Assembly (NCBI GenBank): GCA_012521295.1
Contig: JAAYMS010000053.1
Location: 1-48,911, forward strand
Reading direction: 5' to 3'
Origin: Bacillota bacterium
GTDB lineage: Bacteria > Bacillota > Limnochordia > Darwinibacteriales > Darwinibacteriaceae
DNA length: 48,911 nucleotides
A program made the position numbers and the translations under genes. Shown here one piece after another: positions 36,138 to 46,033 of this stretch. Each line of letters starts with the position of its first letter. Positions within the stretch are counted from its first letter, which is position 1. Under the pieces are notes generated by a model, which had not been told where the DNA came from, ran no database searches, and was given only the letters and a program-made list of their open reading frames with translations.

Positions 36138-36647
36138 GTGAAACACTCTAACTCACGCAGAACTGTATATCTTGGCCTACTGACAGGCTTAGCCATGGGC
36201 CTGCATATCTTCGAGTCGTTTATTCCCATGCCTGTGCCAGTTCCAGGTGCTAAATTGGGCCTAGCGAATATTATCAGTTTATATGTGGTAATGAACTTCG
36301 GCATGAGAGATGCGCTTACTGTCACCGTGCTCCGCACCGTCTTAGGGTCTCTTTTGTCAGGGACGTTTTTGACGATTGTGTTCTACTTTAGTTTTGCCGG
36401 TGGAATTACGAGCACGATTGTGATGGGTTTGGCCTACCGCATGCTTCCAAAACAGTTCAGTATAGTAGGGATCAGTGTTCTAGGAGCTTTGACCCATAAT
36501 GTCGCCCAGATTTTGGTGGCAGCGTTTGTGGTAGAGGCCATGCTCATTGCCCTATATCTTCCTTACATGCTGTTTTTTGCACTTCCTACTGGGGTGTTTG
36601 TCGGTCTAGCTGTAAACCAGCTCAACAAGTACTACCGCCCATCCTAG
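36138..36647 (+). CDS. Gx-transporter / heptaprenyl-diphosphate-synthase-component-I-like membrane protein
   Basis: 169 aa, ~5 TM, with the PVPGAKLGLANIISLY motif recalled for this family. GTG start. Confidence 0.55.
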   Translation: MKHSNSRRTVYLGLLTGLAMGLHIFESFIPMPVPVPGAKLGLANIISLYVVMNFGMRDALTVTVLRTVLGSLLSGTFLTIVFYFSFAGGITSTIVMGLAYRMLPKQFSIVGISVLGALTHNVAQILVAAFVVEAMLIALYLPYMLFFALPTGVFVGLAVNQLNKYYRPS

Positions 36648-37024
36648 AGTACGTTCTGAAGACTTAAGCGTTCCTGTTGGTGAATCTGCCTCAGCCGCGT
36701 TCGGATATAGCTTAGTTCAACATGAGCATGACTGAAATTGTCAGTCTCTACAAAGGCAAGTAAGCGAGATAGGGCTGCTTCGAGCTCATCAAGATCAGTG
36801 TTGTAGATAAACGGGTTCCACCGATGTTGGGCCTTCTGCCACTTCTGGTGGGCCTTGGTGAGTCTTTCGAGTGCAGCATCTCGCTGTCCGGTGCTGAGGT
36901 ATGATTCACCCTCATCTAGATCGGAAAGCACGCCTTCTATCAGATTAGATAAGCCGTGTTCCACATAAAACCCAAGGCCAACAATGGCGACCATAATTAG
37001 TGTCAAGATTACTAATAAGCGCAT
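36644..37024 (-). CDS. DUF4363-family protein
   Basis: N-terminal TM followed by a helical domain. Start overlaps the stop of the upstream DUF421 gene (TGATG), the usual partner arrangement. Confidence 0.6.
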   Translation of the reverse strand: MRLLVILTLIMVAIVGLGFYVEHGLSNLIEGVLSDLDEGESYLSTGQRDAALERLTKAHQKWQKAQHRWNPFIYNTDLDELEAALSRLLAFVETDNFSHAHVELSYIRTRLRQIHQQERLSLQNVL

Positions 37025-37704
37025 CAGCTGCCCCTCCCAGAACGCGGCTGCACCACGAAATCTCCCCGGCTGTCGAGCATGGCAAAGAAGACATCGGCTG
37101 GCTTGAGCCCTTTCTCAGCCAACTTGGATTCGAGAGTCTCCTGGGTTAACCCAGCCTCTTTGACGTTGTTGTCCATAATCCGCCCATCCATGATGAGTGG
37201 AATGGGTAGCTTTTCATCTCCTGTATCGAGCCCCAAGTCGCTAGGGGTGACTGGACGAGACTGAGAAGTCGGAATGACACTTAACTCGCCGCTCGTTTCT
37301 AAGACAGCAATCTCCACATCGGAAAGATCGGCAAACCCCTTGATGCGCAGCTGCTCAAGCAGTTCATTCAGGTTATAGCGGGCTCGCCGCATTTCATCTT
37401 CCATTATGCGTCCCTGGCGCACGACTATGCTCGGGCTTCCATCCAAGATATGCCTGGCCCAATGGAACTTCAAAGTGACGGTAGACAGGCAGACTTGAAT
37501 GAAGGAAAGTGTTATAATTGAAATAAACCCATTCACAAGTGGAATCTGACGGTCCTGCATTGGTACTGCCGCAAGTTCCGCAATCATGATCGTGATCGCC
37601 AGTTCGTAGGGTTCAAGTTCACCGATTTGGCGTTTACCCATGACCCGCATGGTGACTACCACCAGAATGTACAGTAAGACACTGCGTGCAAAAGTGATCA
37701 GCAT
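37024..37704 (-). CDS. DUF421/YetF-family membrane protein
   Basis: N-terminus ARSVLLYILVVVTMRVMGKRQIGELEPYELAITIMIAELAA is typical of YetF/YrbG-type proteins. RBS ggggga lies upstream on the minus strand. Confidence 0.8.
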   Translation of the reverse strand: MLITFARSVLLYILVVVTMRVMGKRQIGELEPYELAITIMIAELAAVPMQDRQIPLVNGFISIITLSFIQVCLSTVTLKFHWARHILDGSPSIVVRQGRIMEDEMRRARYNLNELLEQLRIKGFADLSDVEIAVLETSGELSVIPTSQSRPVTPSDLGLDTGDEKLPIPLIMDGRIMDNNVKEAGLTQETLESKLAEKGLKPADVFFAMLDSRGDFVVQPRSGRGS

Positions 37705-37726
37705 GCGGAATTCCCCCAGTTATAAT
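37698..37726 (+). promoter_or_regulatory. Possible sigma-A promoter for miaB
   Basis: Perfect TATAAT at 37721-37726, 25 nt upstream of the miaB ATG. The -35 is weak (TCAGCA), with a 17-nt spacer, and lies inside the divergent DUF421 start region. Confidence 0.3.
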
Positions 37727-37751
37727 AGTTTCAGCAGTAAGGAGAGAGTCG

Positions 37752-39077
37752 ATGAAGCGATATTACCTCAAGACAATGGGTTGTCAAATGAACGAACACG
37801 ATTCGGAAGTTATCGCTGGTATTCTAGCTTCGTTGGGTTATGTGCCCACCGACGAACTAGAAGAGGCTGATTTCATACTATATAATACATGCTCTGTGCG
37901 GGAAAACCCCGAACGAAAGGTATACGGACACATAGGTGCTTTTCGCTTGCTGAAAGAAGCCAAGCCGGAGCTGGTTATCGGCATCTGCGGATGTATGCCG
38001 CAGCAGAGAGACGAGCTTGAGAGTATTCTGGATAAGCTGCCCCATGTGGACCTCATTTTTGGAACCCACAACATCCACCGCCTGCCTGAGCTGTTAGAAC
38101 GGGCACAGAGCGGGGAACGGGTGGTAGAAGTGTGGGATGAGGCTGAAGCTGCACCTGGTGAAGACAGCCGCGACGGGCTACCTGTAGTCCGCAGGCATAA
38201 CGTCAAGGCCTTTGTTAACGTGATCTACGGGTGCACGAATTTCTGCAGCTACTGCATCGTGCCATATACAAGAGGCAAGGAGCATAGCCGTCTTCCTGAG
38301 AAGATTGTCGAAGAAGTGCGTGGCCTTGCCCAGCAGGGCTTCAAAGAAGTTACTCTCCTAGGGCAAAACGTCAACGCTTACGGTAAAGACCTCGAGATCA
38401 ACACCAGTTTTGCCGACCTCCTGCGCGAGTTGAACGATATCGATGGGCTACAGCGTATCCGCTTTACTACAAGCCATCCCCGGGATATGGGCGATGATCT
38501 AATTGAGGCTCTGGCAGATCTTCCCAAAGTCTGCGAGCATCTGCACTTACCTGTACAGGCTGGGAGTAATCGTATTCTTCGCCGTATGAACAGGGGTTAT
38601 ACCAGGGAATACTATCTCCAACTTGTCGAAAAAGTCCGCAAAGCCGTTCCTAACATCAGCTTGACTACAGACCTCATTGTAGGTTTTCCAGGTGAGACTG
38701 ATGAAGACTTTGAGGAAACGCTTTCTCTAGTAAGAGAGGTGCGGTTCGATTCGGCCTTTACGTTCATTTTCTCGCCGCGTAAAGGTACTCCAGCCGCGAA
38801 AATGCACAACCAGGTTCCAGAAGAGATCAAGAAAGAGCGCATCTACCGCCTAATCGATCTCCAAAATGAGATTAGTGCCCAGTATATGCAGCAGCTCTTG
38901 GATCAAGAGCTGGAAGTCTTGATTGAAGATCTAACCAGTGAGGGATTAGTAGGCCGGACCAGAACAAACCGGCAGGTACACTTTACTGGGGATCCCAGCC
39001 TTGTAGGACAGCTGACCACCGTACGCATTACCAATGCCAGCACCTGGAGCTTAAAAGGAGAGCTGGTCGAAAAATAG
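37752..39077 (+). CDS. miaB: tRNA-2-methylthio-N6-dimethylallyladenosine synthase MiaB (radical SAM)
   Basis: UPF0004 N-domain (TMGCQMNEHDSE), radical-SAM CTNFCSYC motif, C-terminal TRAM domain. Confidence 0.95.
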   Translation: MKRYYLKTMGCQMNEHDSEVIAGILASLGYVPTDELEEADFILYNTCSVRENPERKVYGHIGAFRLLKEAKPELVIGICGCMPQQRDELESILDKLPHVDLIFGTHNIHRLPELLERAQSGERVVEVWDEAEAAPGEDSRDGLPVVRRHNVKAFVNVIYGCTNFCSYCIVPYTRGKEHSRLPEKIVEEVRGLAQQGFKEVTLLGQNVNAYGKDLEINTSFADLLRELNDIDGLQRIRFTTSHPRDMGDDLIEALADLPKVCEHLHLPVQAGSNRILRRMNRGYTREYYLQLVEKVRKAVPNISLTTDLIVGFPGETDEDFEETLSLVREVRFDSAFTFIFSPRKGTPAAKMHNQVPEEIKKERIYRLIDLQNEISAQYMQQLLDQELEVLIEDLTSEGLVGRTRTNRQVHFTGDPSLVGQLTTVRITNASTWSLKGELVEK

Positions 39078-39088
39078 GAGGCGTCCTG

Positions 39089-39427
39089 ATGTGGGTTGAC
39101 GAGAACAAGACTCTGTGGGAAGAACGCAATCGGGATCTATGGCAACTGCCCATTCTCAGCCAAGATGGCGAGTACCTAGGTAACGTAATCGGACAGATCG
39201 TAGAACCCAATGAGTACCTCGTACGATACCTAGTTGCTTTTTCGCCTGGGCAGCAGAAGCGTTTCCTGGTACCCTGTGAAACTGTGTTAGCCATCGATCA
39301 GGTGGTATATTGCCGGGTTTCGGCTGCGGACTTAGAACAGCTTCCCGCATTTCAGACGGAAATCTCTCGCAACCTCGAGGAGAAGATCTACCAAATGGTG
39401 GACTCGACTCCGTACTGGGAACAGTAG
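39089..39427 (+). CDS. Small hypothetical protein, possibly PRC-barrel-like
   Basis: 112 aa. The pattern ILSQDGEYLGNVIGQIVEPNEYLVRYLVAF...FLVPCETV resembles PRC-barrel proteins. Followed by a strong terminator. Confidence 0.4.
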   Translation: MWVDENKTLWEERNRDLWQLPILSQDGEYLGNVIGQIVEPNEYLVRYLVAFSPGQQKRFLVPCETVLAIDQVVYCRVSAADLEQLPAFQTEISRNLEEKIYQMVDSTPYWEQ

Positions 39428-39456
39428 CAGGAATTTACCATCAATGAGCGGAATCT

Positions 39457-39490
39457 AGGAGTGTGTGGCATTGTCACACACTCCTTTTTT
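39457..39490 (+). terminator. Rho-independent terminator upstream of mutS
   Basis: 11-bp stem aggagtgtgtg / cacacactcct, 7-nt loop, then tttttt. Confidence 0.85.
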
Positions 39491-39510
39491 GCACGGAGGC
39501 TGATTTTCCT

Positions 39511-42093
39511 TTGACACCAATGATGAAGCAGTACACGGAAATAAAAGAGCAGTATCCAGATGCTCTCCTGTTTTTCCGCTTAGGCGATTTCTACGAAATG
39601 TTTGGTGAGGACGCAAAAGTTGCTGCAAGAGAGCTCGAGATTACGCTGACCAGCAGAGAAGCAGGGAGGCAAGGCCGAATACCCATGTGTGGTGTGCCCT
39701 ACCATGCAGTGCATGGGTATTTAGAAAAGCTCGTTTCCAAAGGGTACCGAGTTGCCATATGTGAGCAGCTTGAGGACCCAAAGCAGGCTAAAGGAGTAGT
39801 AAGGCGCGACGTCGTGCGTGTGATCACTCCTGGAACTTATATAGAAGGTTCTCTCGACGAGAAGCGCTCCCAGTACCTAACGGCAGTGACTCATGTCGAT
39901 GGTTCTTTTGGGGTAGCTTCTTTAGATTTATCCACAGGCCAGTTTCTTGTCACCGAATTGCAGAGTTTCAGCCAAGTCTTAGATGAACTCCAGCGACTAC
40001 AGCCCGCGGAGATGGTTGTGGGTGACAAATCGGACCTGCTTTACTCACTGGAGAAGCTTGCCCAGGAACAGCAGATTACGATCTCCACAATAGATCAGCG
40101 GCAAACCCAGTGGGCGGAGTGTCAGAAGATACTGATCGAGCATTTTCAGGTCAGCACCCTCGAACCTTTTGGACTGGATTCGCTGGCCAAGATCGCCGCG
40201 GCAGGAACCGCACTGGCATACGTACAGGAAACTCAGAAAAGCGTTTTGGAACACGTAATCGCCGTGCAGTCATATACACTAGAGCAATACCTGCAGATCG
40301 ATGCTAACAGCCGCCGGAACCTGGAATTGACCCGCACGCTGCGCGATGGCCGCAAGACCGGGTCACTGTTAGGGGTACTTGACCACACTCGCACTAGTAT
40401 GGGCGGGCGCATGCTCCGGTGGAATCTTGAACAGCCGCTTGTCGACATAGTAGAGATCAAGCGGCGACAAGAAGCAGTACAGGCCTTAGTTGATAACACG
40501 GCTGTTCGTCTCGAAGTGCAAGATCTCTTGGATCAGGTATACGACCTAGAACGCCTAATGGGACGTCTTGCCGTCGGAGGCGGAAATGCTCGTGACCTGA
40601 CAGCGCTGTGTTCCTCACTAGAGGTGATTCCGCAAATTAAAGTGCTGCTCACAGAGATAAAGGCAGACCTTCTTGGTGAACTCCAACAACATCTTCGCCC
40701 TTTGGATGAGCTGACAGCCCTGATCACCAAAGCGATTGTCGACAACCCTCCTATTTCCGTTCGAGAAGGGGGCCTCATTAAGGAAGGATTCAGCGAAGAC
40801 CTTGATGAAATTCGCCGAGCCAGCCGTGAAGGCAAGAACTGGATTAAGAACCTGGAAAGAGCCGAAAGAGAACGCACCGGCATCAAGTCTCTTAAGGTAG
40901 GGTTTAACAAAGTCTTCGGTTACTACATTGAAGTCACGAAAGCCAATCTCAGCCTTGTTCCAGAAGACTATGAGCGCAAACAGACCCTAGCTAACGCCGA
41001 ACGGTTTGTAACTCCAGAGCTGAAAGAAAAAGAGGCACTGATTCTGGGCGCCGATGAACGTATCATTGATCTAGAATACGAGCTGTTCTACCAGATTAGG
41101 GATCAGGCAAAGGAGTATACTGCAGCCATCCAAGCCAATGCGAAGACTCTAGCCTTTCTCGATATGCTGCAGAGCCTGGCCGAAGCAGCGGTTAGATACA
41201 ACTACGTACGGCCCGAGATCACTAACGACTCCAACCTAGAGGTATCACAAGGCAGACATCCAGTCGTTGAAACACTGCAGAGTGGGTTTGTCCCCAATGA
41301 TATCTCGTTCAGCGATGATGAACGGATCATCCTGCTTACTGGGCCTAACATGGCAGGGAAGAGCACCTATCTACGTCAAACAGCACTAATCGTAATCATG
41401 GCCCAGATCGGAAGCTTTGTCCCAGCGCGCGCAGCCAAGATCGGATTAGTCGACAAGATCTTTACCCGCATCGGAGCTGCTGATGACCTGGGTTCGGGGC
41501 AGAGCACCTTCATGGTCGAGTGTGCCGAGACTGCGCATCTGCTGCGCAATGCCACCGATAGATCTCTCATCGTCCTGGACGAGCTGGGCCGCGGAACCAG
41601 CACCTTTGACGGAATGGCGATTGCTCAGGCAGTGATTGAGTACATCCACAATAGAATTGGAGCCCGTACACTCTTTTCGACTCACTTCCATGAGCTGACT
41701 AAGCTTGAACAGTCGCTGCCCAACCTGGCGACTTATCGTGTAGAGGTGGAAGAAAAAGATGGAACGGTGTATTTTCTCCATCATGTTGCCCGGGGCAGCA
41801 CTGACAAGAGCTACGGCGTCAACGTCGCCCGTATGGCCGGCATACCTAGCCCTGTACTAAAAAGAGCTCTAAAGCTGCTGCAGGAGCTAGAAGCAGACCG
41901 CGATCGTCCAGTACAGCTGGACTTATTCGCCAGTCTGCAGTATGATACCACTGTATTCGAAGAACCAACAGAAGACGCAGCGGTCAATCCGGTGCTCGAG
42001 GAGCTTCGGGCCGTTGATGTCAACAACCTTACACCTTTAGAAGCCCTGCAGCTGCTGGCAAAATGGCAGCAGGCACTGAAGGAGGAGGCATAA
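39511..42093 (+). CDS. mutS: DNA mismatch repair protein MutS
   Basis: TPMMKQYTEIKEQYPDALLFFRLGDFYEMF, Walker A GPNMAGKST, DELGRGTSTFDG. TTG 39511 lies 10 nt after ggaggc. The track start 39463 lies inside the terminator. Confidence 0.95.
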   Translation: MTPMMKQYTEIKEQYPDALLFFRLGDFYEMFGEDAKVAARELEITLTSREAGRQGRIPMCGVPYHAVHGYLEKLVSKGYRVAICEQLEDPKQAKGVVRRDVVRVITPGTYIEGSLDEKRSQYLTAVTHVDGSFGVASLDLSTGQFLVTELQSFSQVLDELQRLQPAEMVVGDKSDLLYSLEKLAQEQQITISTIDQRQTQWAECQKILIEHFQVSTLEPFGLDSLAKIAAAGTALAYVQETQKSVLEHVIAVQSYTLEQYLQIDANSRRNLELTRTLRDGRKTGSLLGVLDHTRTSMGGRMLRWNLEQPLVDIVEIKRRQEAVQALVDNTAVRLEVQDLLDQVYDLERLMGRLAVGGGNARDLTALCSSLEVIPQIKVLLTEIKADLLGELQQHLRPLDELTALITKAIVDNPPISVREGGLIKEGFSEDLDEIRRASREGKNWIKNLERAERERTGIKSLKVGFNKVFGYYIEVTKANLSLVPEDYERKQTLANAERFVTPELKEKEALILGADERIIDLEYELFYQIRDQAKEYTAAIQANAKTLAFLDMLQSLAEAAVRYNYVRPEITNDSNLEVSQGRHPVVETLQSGFVPNDISFSDDERIILLTGPNMAGKSTYLRQTALIVIMAQIGSFVPARAAKIGLVDKIFTRIGAADDLGSGQSTFMVECAETAHLLRNATDRSLIVLDELGRGTSTFDGMAIAQAVIEYIHNRIGARTLFSTHFHELTKLEQSLPNLATYRVEVEEKDGTVYFLHHVARGSTDKSYGVNVARMAGIPSPVLKRALKLLQELEADRDRPVQLDLFASLQYDTTVFEEPTEDAAVNPVLEELRAVDVNNLTPLEALQLLAKWQQALKEEA

Positions 42094-43952
42094 TGGGTAG
42101 AATTGCACTGCTGCCCGATGAGGTTGCCCACAAAATAGCCGCCGGCGAGGTCATTGAACGGCCGGCTTCGGTTGTAAAAGAACTCGTCGAAAACGCGATA
42201 GATGCTCAAGCGAGCCGTATTGAGATAGAGATTACGTCCGGAGGCATCGAGTATATCCGTGTCCAGGACAATGGTGAAGGCATCGCACCTGATGATGTAA
42301 AGATGGCCTTTCAGCCCCATGCAACCAGCAAAATCAGCAAGACTGAAGATCTCTTCAGCCTGTCGAGCTTGGGCTTTAGGGGAGAAGCACTACCCAGCAT
42401 CGCGAGTGTATCAAAGCTCACCCTCACAACCCGCACAGCAGCCGAGAAAAGCGGTGTCCGTGCCGTTGTAGAAGGCGAGAGTATCCATACCGAACCCTGT
42501 GGTGCGCCGCAAGGAACAACCATCGAAGTGCGCCAGCTGTTCTACAATGTGCCCGCGCGATACAAGTTCCTTAAGTCTCCCGCCACAGAAGGAAGGCGTG
42601 TCTTAGAGCTGGTAACTGACATGGCAGCAGCACACCCGCACATTGCCTTTACGCTGGTGCGTGATGGCAAAACTGTCCTTTCTACTCAAGGTAGTGGCAG
42701 TTTGCGTGATACGCTGCTGCTGATTCACGGGAAAAAGTTGATAAGCGAGCTTTTGTCGATTGAATCCACCTATCCATGGGCTAAGGTCACAGGCTATGCT
42801 GGCACACCCAAGCTGGCACGAGGCAGCCGTACAGGCCAGTTGATCATTATGAACGGAAGGGTCATACAGAACTCTACCATTCGAGCTGCAGCTGAGAGGG
42901 CCTACCAAGGCCTACTTCCGTCTAGGGTATATCCTTTCTTTGTGCTAGTGCTTGATGTAGATCCTAAGTTCGTAGACTGCAACGTACACCCTGCCAAAAG
43001 CGAAGTGCGGTTTGCCGACGATCAGACTGTGTTCAGAGACGTGCTTGATGCGGTACGTACTGCTGTTCTTTCTAAGAATATCGCACCTAAGTTTGAAGTA
43101 AGGCAGCAGTTTGAAGCAAGACAGCGTGAATCGCAGCCAGTGCAGTTTTACAAACCACAACCCAAACAAGCAGAAATCACCTGGGAACCTCGCACCTGGG
43201 ATACACTTGATGAAGTGCTGCGCCAGTACCGGCCAAGTGCCGCGAAACCTAAACCACCACTTGCTGTGGCGGAAACACCCCCCCGGGATGATCGAGAGAC
43301 AAGTGCTGCTGATACCGGTGCTGCTTCTACTGACGCCCACGCAGCTGAGACGGGTATAATAGCAGATGACAATGATGTACGCTCTGCCCTCAAGAATGGA
43401 CGGATCGTTGGTCAGCTGCACCAAACCTACATCCTTCTCGAAGTCCAGGGAGGCGGTCTGTGGATCCTTGACCAGCACATCGTTCATGAACGCATCCTCT
43501 ATGAACAGCTGGTGAAAGAGTTTACTAGCCGACAGGTGCACATTCAGCAGATTCTTCCTGAGGTCCTTGAGCTCAGCGCTGCAGAATATGCACGAATCCA
43601 AGAACATCTCGAGGAGATTAGGGCGGTTGGCATTGAACTAGAACCCTTTGGAGTGAATGCGTTTATTGTTCGAGGAGTCCCCACTTTCTTAAGTCAGACT
43701 GGAGGATGGAAGGGCGACATTCTCGAGATTGCCGAAGCTGCCGAAAAGGGCGGCCATTTTCTGCAGGCAGCGGCTGTGACCCTTGCCTGTAAAGGTGCTG
43801 TGAAAGCAGGGGATTACTTAGACACTCGCGCCATCAAGGCACTCCTGTTGGATCTAGCCAAGACCGAGAACCCCTTCACCTGCCCACACGGCAGGCCGAT
43901 CATTGTGCGGCTTGAGCATCAGGAAATTCTGCGCCGTTTCGGTAGAGCGTAG
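42093..43952 (+). CDS. mutL: DNA mismatch repair endonuclease MutL
   Basis: IALLPDEVAHKIAAGEVIERPASVVKELVENAIDA, DNGEGI, C-terminal endonuclease region. TAATG overlap with the mutS stop. The track start 42063 lies inside mutS. Confidence 0.95.
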   Translation: MGRIALLPDEVAHKIAAGEVIERPASVVKELVENAIDAQASRIEIEITSGGIEYIRVQDNGEGIAPDDVKMAFQPHATSKISKTEDLFSLSSLGFRGEALPSIASVSKLTLTTRTAAEKSGVRAVVEGESIHTEPCGAPQGTTIEVRQLFYNVPARYKFLKSPATEGRRVLELVTDMAAAHPHIAFTLVRDGKTVLSTQGSGSLRDTLLLIHGKKLISELLSIESTYPWAKVTGYAGTPKLARGSRTGQLIIMNGRVIQNSTIRAAAERAYQGLLPSRVYPFFVLVLDVDPKFVDCNVHPAKSEVRFADDQTVFRDVLDAVRTAVLSKNIAPKFEVRQQFEARQRESQPVQFYKPQPKQAEITWEPRTWDTLDEVLRQYRPSAAKPKPPLAVAETPPRDDRETSAADTGAASTDAHAAETGIIADDNDVRSALKNGRIVGQLHQTYILLEVQGGGLWILDQHIVHERILYEQLVKEFTSRQVHIQQILPEVLELSAAEYARIQEHLEEIRAVGIELEPFGVNAFIVRGVPTFLSQTGGWKGDILEIAEAAEKGGHFLQAAAVTLACKGAVKAGDYLDTRAIKALLLDLAKTENPFTCPHGRPIIVRLEHQEILRRFGRA

Positions 43953-43983
43953 GACAAGGCACAACTAATCTGGAGTGGAAGAC

Positions 43984-44943
43984 ATGACTAAGATACCTTT
44001 GCTTGTTATCGTAGGGCCAACTGCAGTGGGCAAGACTGCCCTCTCGCTTAAGCTAGCGGAAGAACTGAAGGGAGAAATCATCTCAGCTGATTCGATGCAG
44101 ATCTACCAGGGAATGGATATCGGTACGGCCAAACCAAGCCCTGCAGAACAAGCAAGAATACCGCACCATCTGATAGATGTGGTACCCCCCACTGAGGCTT
44201 TCAACGTTCAGGACTGGGTGATGCTTGCAGAGGAAGCCATCCAAGACATCACTCTTAGGGGCAACACCCCGATAGTCTCAGGTGGAACGGGCCTCTACGT
44301 CAATGCCCTAATTGATGGTTTCCTTTTTCCTGATACAAGCGCCGACCCAGAGTTGAGGCGCCAACTAGAACAGCGCGGACGGGAAAACCCCAGTGCGCTT
44401 CACAAAGAGCTTGCAGACGTAGATCCAGAAACCGCCCAACGGCTTCATCCTAACGATATTCGCCGCGTCGTTCGGGCACTTGAGGTCTACTACCGGACAG
44501 GTGAGCCAATCAGTACCTTGCAGAAGAAAGCGAGCACGACAGAACGCCCGTATGAGCTGCTGTATATCGGCCTGACACGGGACCGCGCAGAGCTCTACGA
44601 ACGAATCAACCTGCGGGTCGATCAGATGATTGACGAAGGGCTGATCGAAGAGGTTCGCACTCTCGTGGAGCGTTTTCTCGAATCCGCAGATGATCCGGCC
44701 AAGCTGACCGCACTGCAGGCACTCGGATATAAAGAAATTATCTGGGGCTTAACCGGTGAGAAAACAATGGCAGAAGCGGTGGAACTCCTAAAAAGAGACA
44801 CCCGCCGATATGCAAAGCGGCAGCTTTCTTGGTTTAAGCGGGATGAACGCATCCGCTGGTTTAACCTGAGCCATACCGCGGAATACGATGTGATAAAAAC
44901 CGTGACCAGCCTATGGCAGGAGCTTTTCGAAGGGCTCCGGTAG
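43984..44943 (+). CDS. miaA: tRNA dimethylallyltransferase MiaA
   Basis: LLVIVGPTAVGKTALS P-loop, SADSMQIYQGMDIGTAKP. ATG 43984 lies 8 nt after tggag. GTG 43975 is an alternative. Confidence 0.95.
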   Translation: MTKIPLLVIVGPTAVGKTALSLKLAEELKGEIISADSMQIYQGMDIGTAKPSPAEQARIPHHLIDVVPPTEAFNVQDWVMLAEEAIQDITLRGNTPIVSGGTGLYVNALIDGFLFPDTSADPELRRQLEQRGRENPSALHKELADVDPETAQRLHPNDIRRVVRALEVYYRTGEPISTLQKKASTTERPYELLYIGLTRDRAELYERINLRVDQMIDEGLIEEVRTLVERFLESADDPAKLTALQALGYKEIIWGLTGEKTMAEAVELLKRDTRRYAKRQLSWFKRDERIRWFNLSHTAEYDVIKTVTSLWQELFEGLR

Positions 44944-44986
44944 GAAAACTATCACCCTGGACTGCCTTCCCACGTATATATAGTAG

Positions 44987-45937
44987 GTGAAGGTGGTGTC
45001 TCCGACTGTGCTCAGGAAGAAGCGATTTGCACGTATCGAACGGAAAACAGAACCGGAGCCTAATCCGGAAAGCCGCAACTCGGGAAACCGCTCTTCATCT
45101 GAAGAACGGCTCCAAGCGCTCCAAGAAGAGCTAGACGCGCTGATCGGGCTGCAGTCCGTTAAGTCCACCATTCGGGAAATTCAAGCATATGCCCAGATAC
45201 AGCGTAAGCGTTCAGCTCTGCAGCTGACGTCGCAGCCCATCGTGCTACATACGATATTCATCGGAAATCCCGGTACAGCAAAGACCACGGTAGCACGGCT
45301 TCTCAGCAAGATGCTTGCTGAAATGGGCATTTTGGAAAAGGGACATACCGTTGAGGTGGAGCGTGCAGACCTTGTCGCCGAATATATTGGGCAGACCGCC
45401 CATCGAACCAGGGAAGCTATCAAGAAGGCAATGGGAGGCTTGCTTTTTGTTGATGAAGCGTATTCGTTAGCTCGCGGTGGCGAACGAGATTTTGGCAAAG
45501 AGGCGATCGATACTCTAGTCAAAGCCATGGAAGACCATCGTGGGCAGTTTGTGGTAGTATTGGCAGGCTACCCTGAACCGATGCAGGCGTTCTTACGCAC
45601 GAATCCCGGACTGCATTCCCGCTTCCCGTTGATGATTGAGTTCCCTGACTATACGGATGTGGAGCTATTTAAGATTGCTGAGTCTATGTTTGGACAGCGT
45701 CAGTATGTCTTAAGCAAGGGTGCTCGGCGAAGGCTGGCTGATCTAATCCGCCAGATGCGTTCCCGTGACCCCATAACCTTCGGGAATGCCCGAACTATCC
45801 GGAACATCGTGGAGAAGACCATCCGTATGCAGGCGGTCCGGCTCATGGGAAAGGCCAATGTAAGTGTTGACGAGTTGATTACCATTCTAGAACAAGATGT
45901 TCAAGGTGAATCAGTCCGGTACCGGAGCTATTGGTGA
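44987..45937 (+). CDS. spoVK: Stage V sporulation protein K (AAA+ ATPase)
   Basis: ELDALIGLQSVKSTIREI, Walker A GNPGTAKTT, Walker B LLFVDEAYSL, and the CbbX/SpoVK-type C-terminus. The start is uncertain (GTG 44987, 44993, 44996 or 45008). Confidence 0.8.
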   Translation: MKVVSPTVLRKKRFARIERKTEPEPNPESRNSGNRSSSEERLQALQEELDALIGLQSVKSTIREIQAYAQIQRKRSALQLTSQPIVLHTIFIGNPGTAKTTVARLLSKMLAEMGILEKGHTVEVERADLVAEYIGQTAHRTREAIKKAMGGLLFVDEAYSLARGGERDFGKEAIDTLVKAMEDHRGQFVVVLAGYPEPMQAFLRTNPGLHSRFPLMIEFPDYTDVELFKIAESMFGQRQYVLSKGARRRLADLIRQMRSRDPITFGNARTIRNIVEKTIRMQAVRLMGKANVSVDELITILEQDVQGESVRYRSYW

Positions 45938-46033
45938 GCCTGTGCAGATTGTCACAAATGCCGTCAGAGAAGGACTTTAAGCCTGTTACAACGAATTTTA
46001 TCTATAGAGATTAGTATAGGAGGAACGTAACGA

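Noticed and set aside
42945-43607. 220-aa minus-strand ORF inside mutL, and the 169-aa ORF at 41811-42320 (-) across mutS/mutL
   Set aside because: They are antisense to conserved mismatch-repair genes. They have no RBS and no recognisable motifs.
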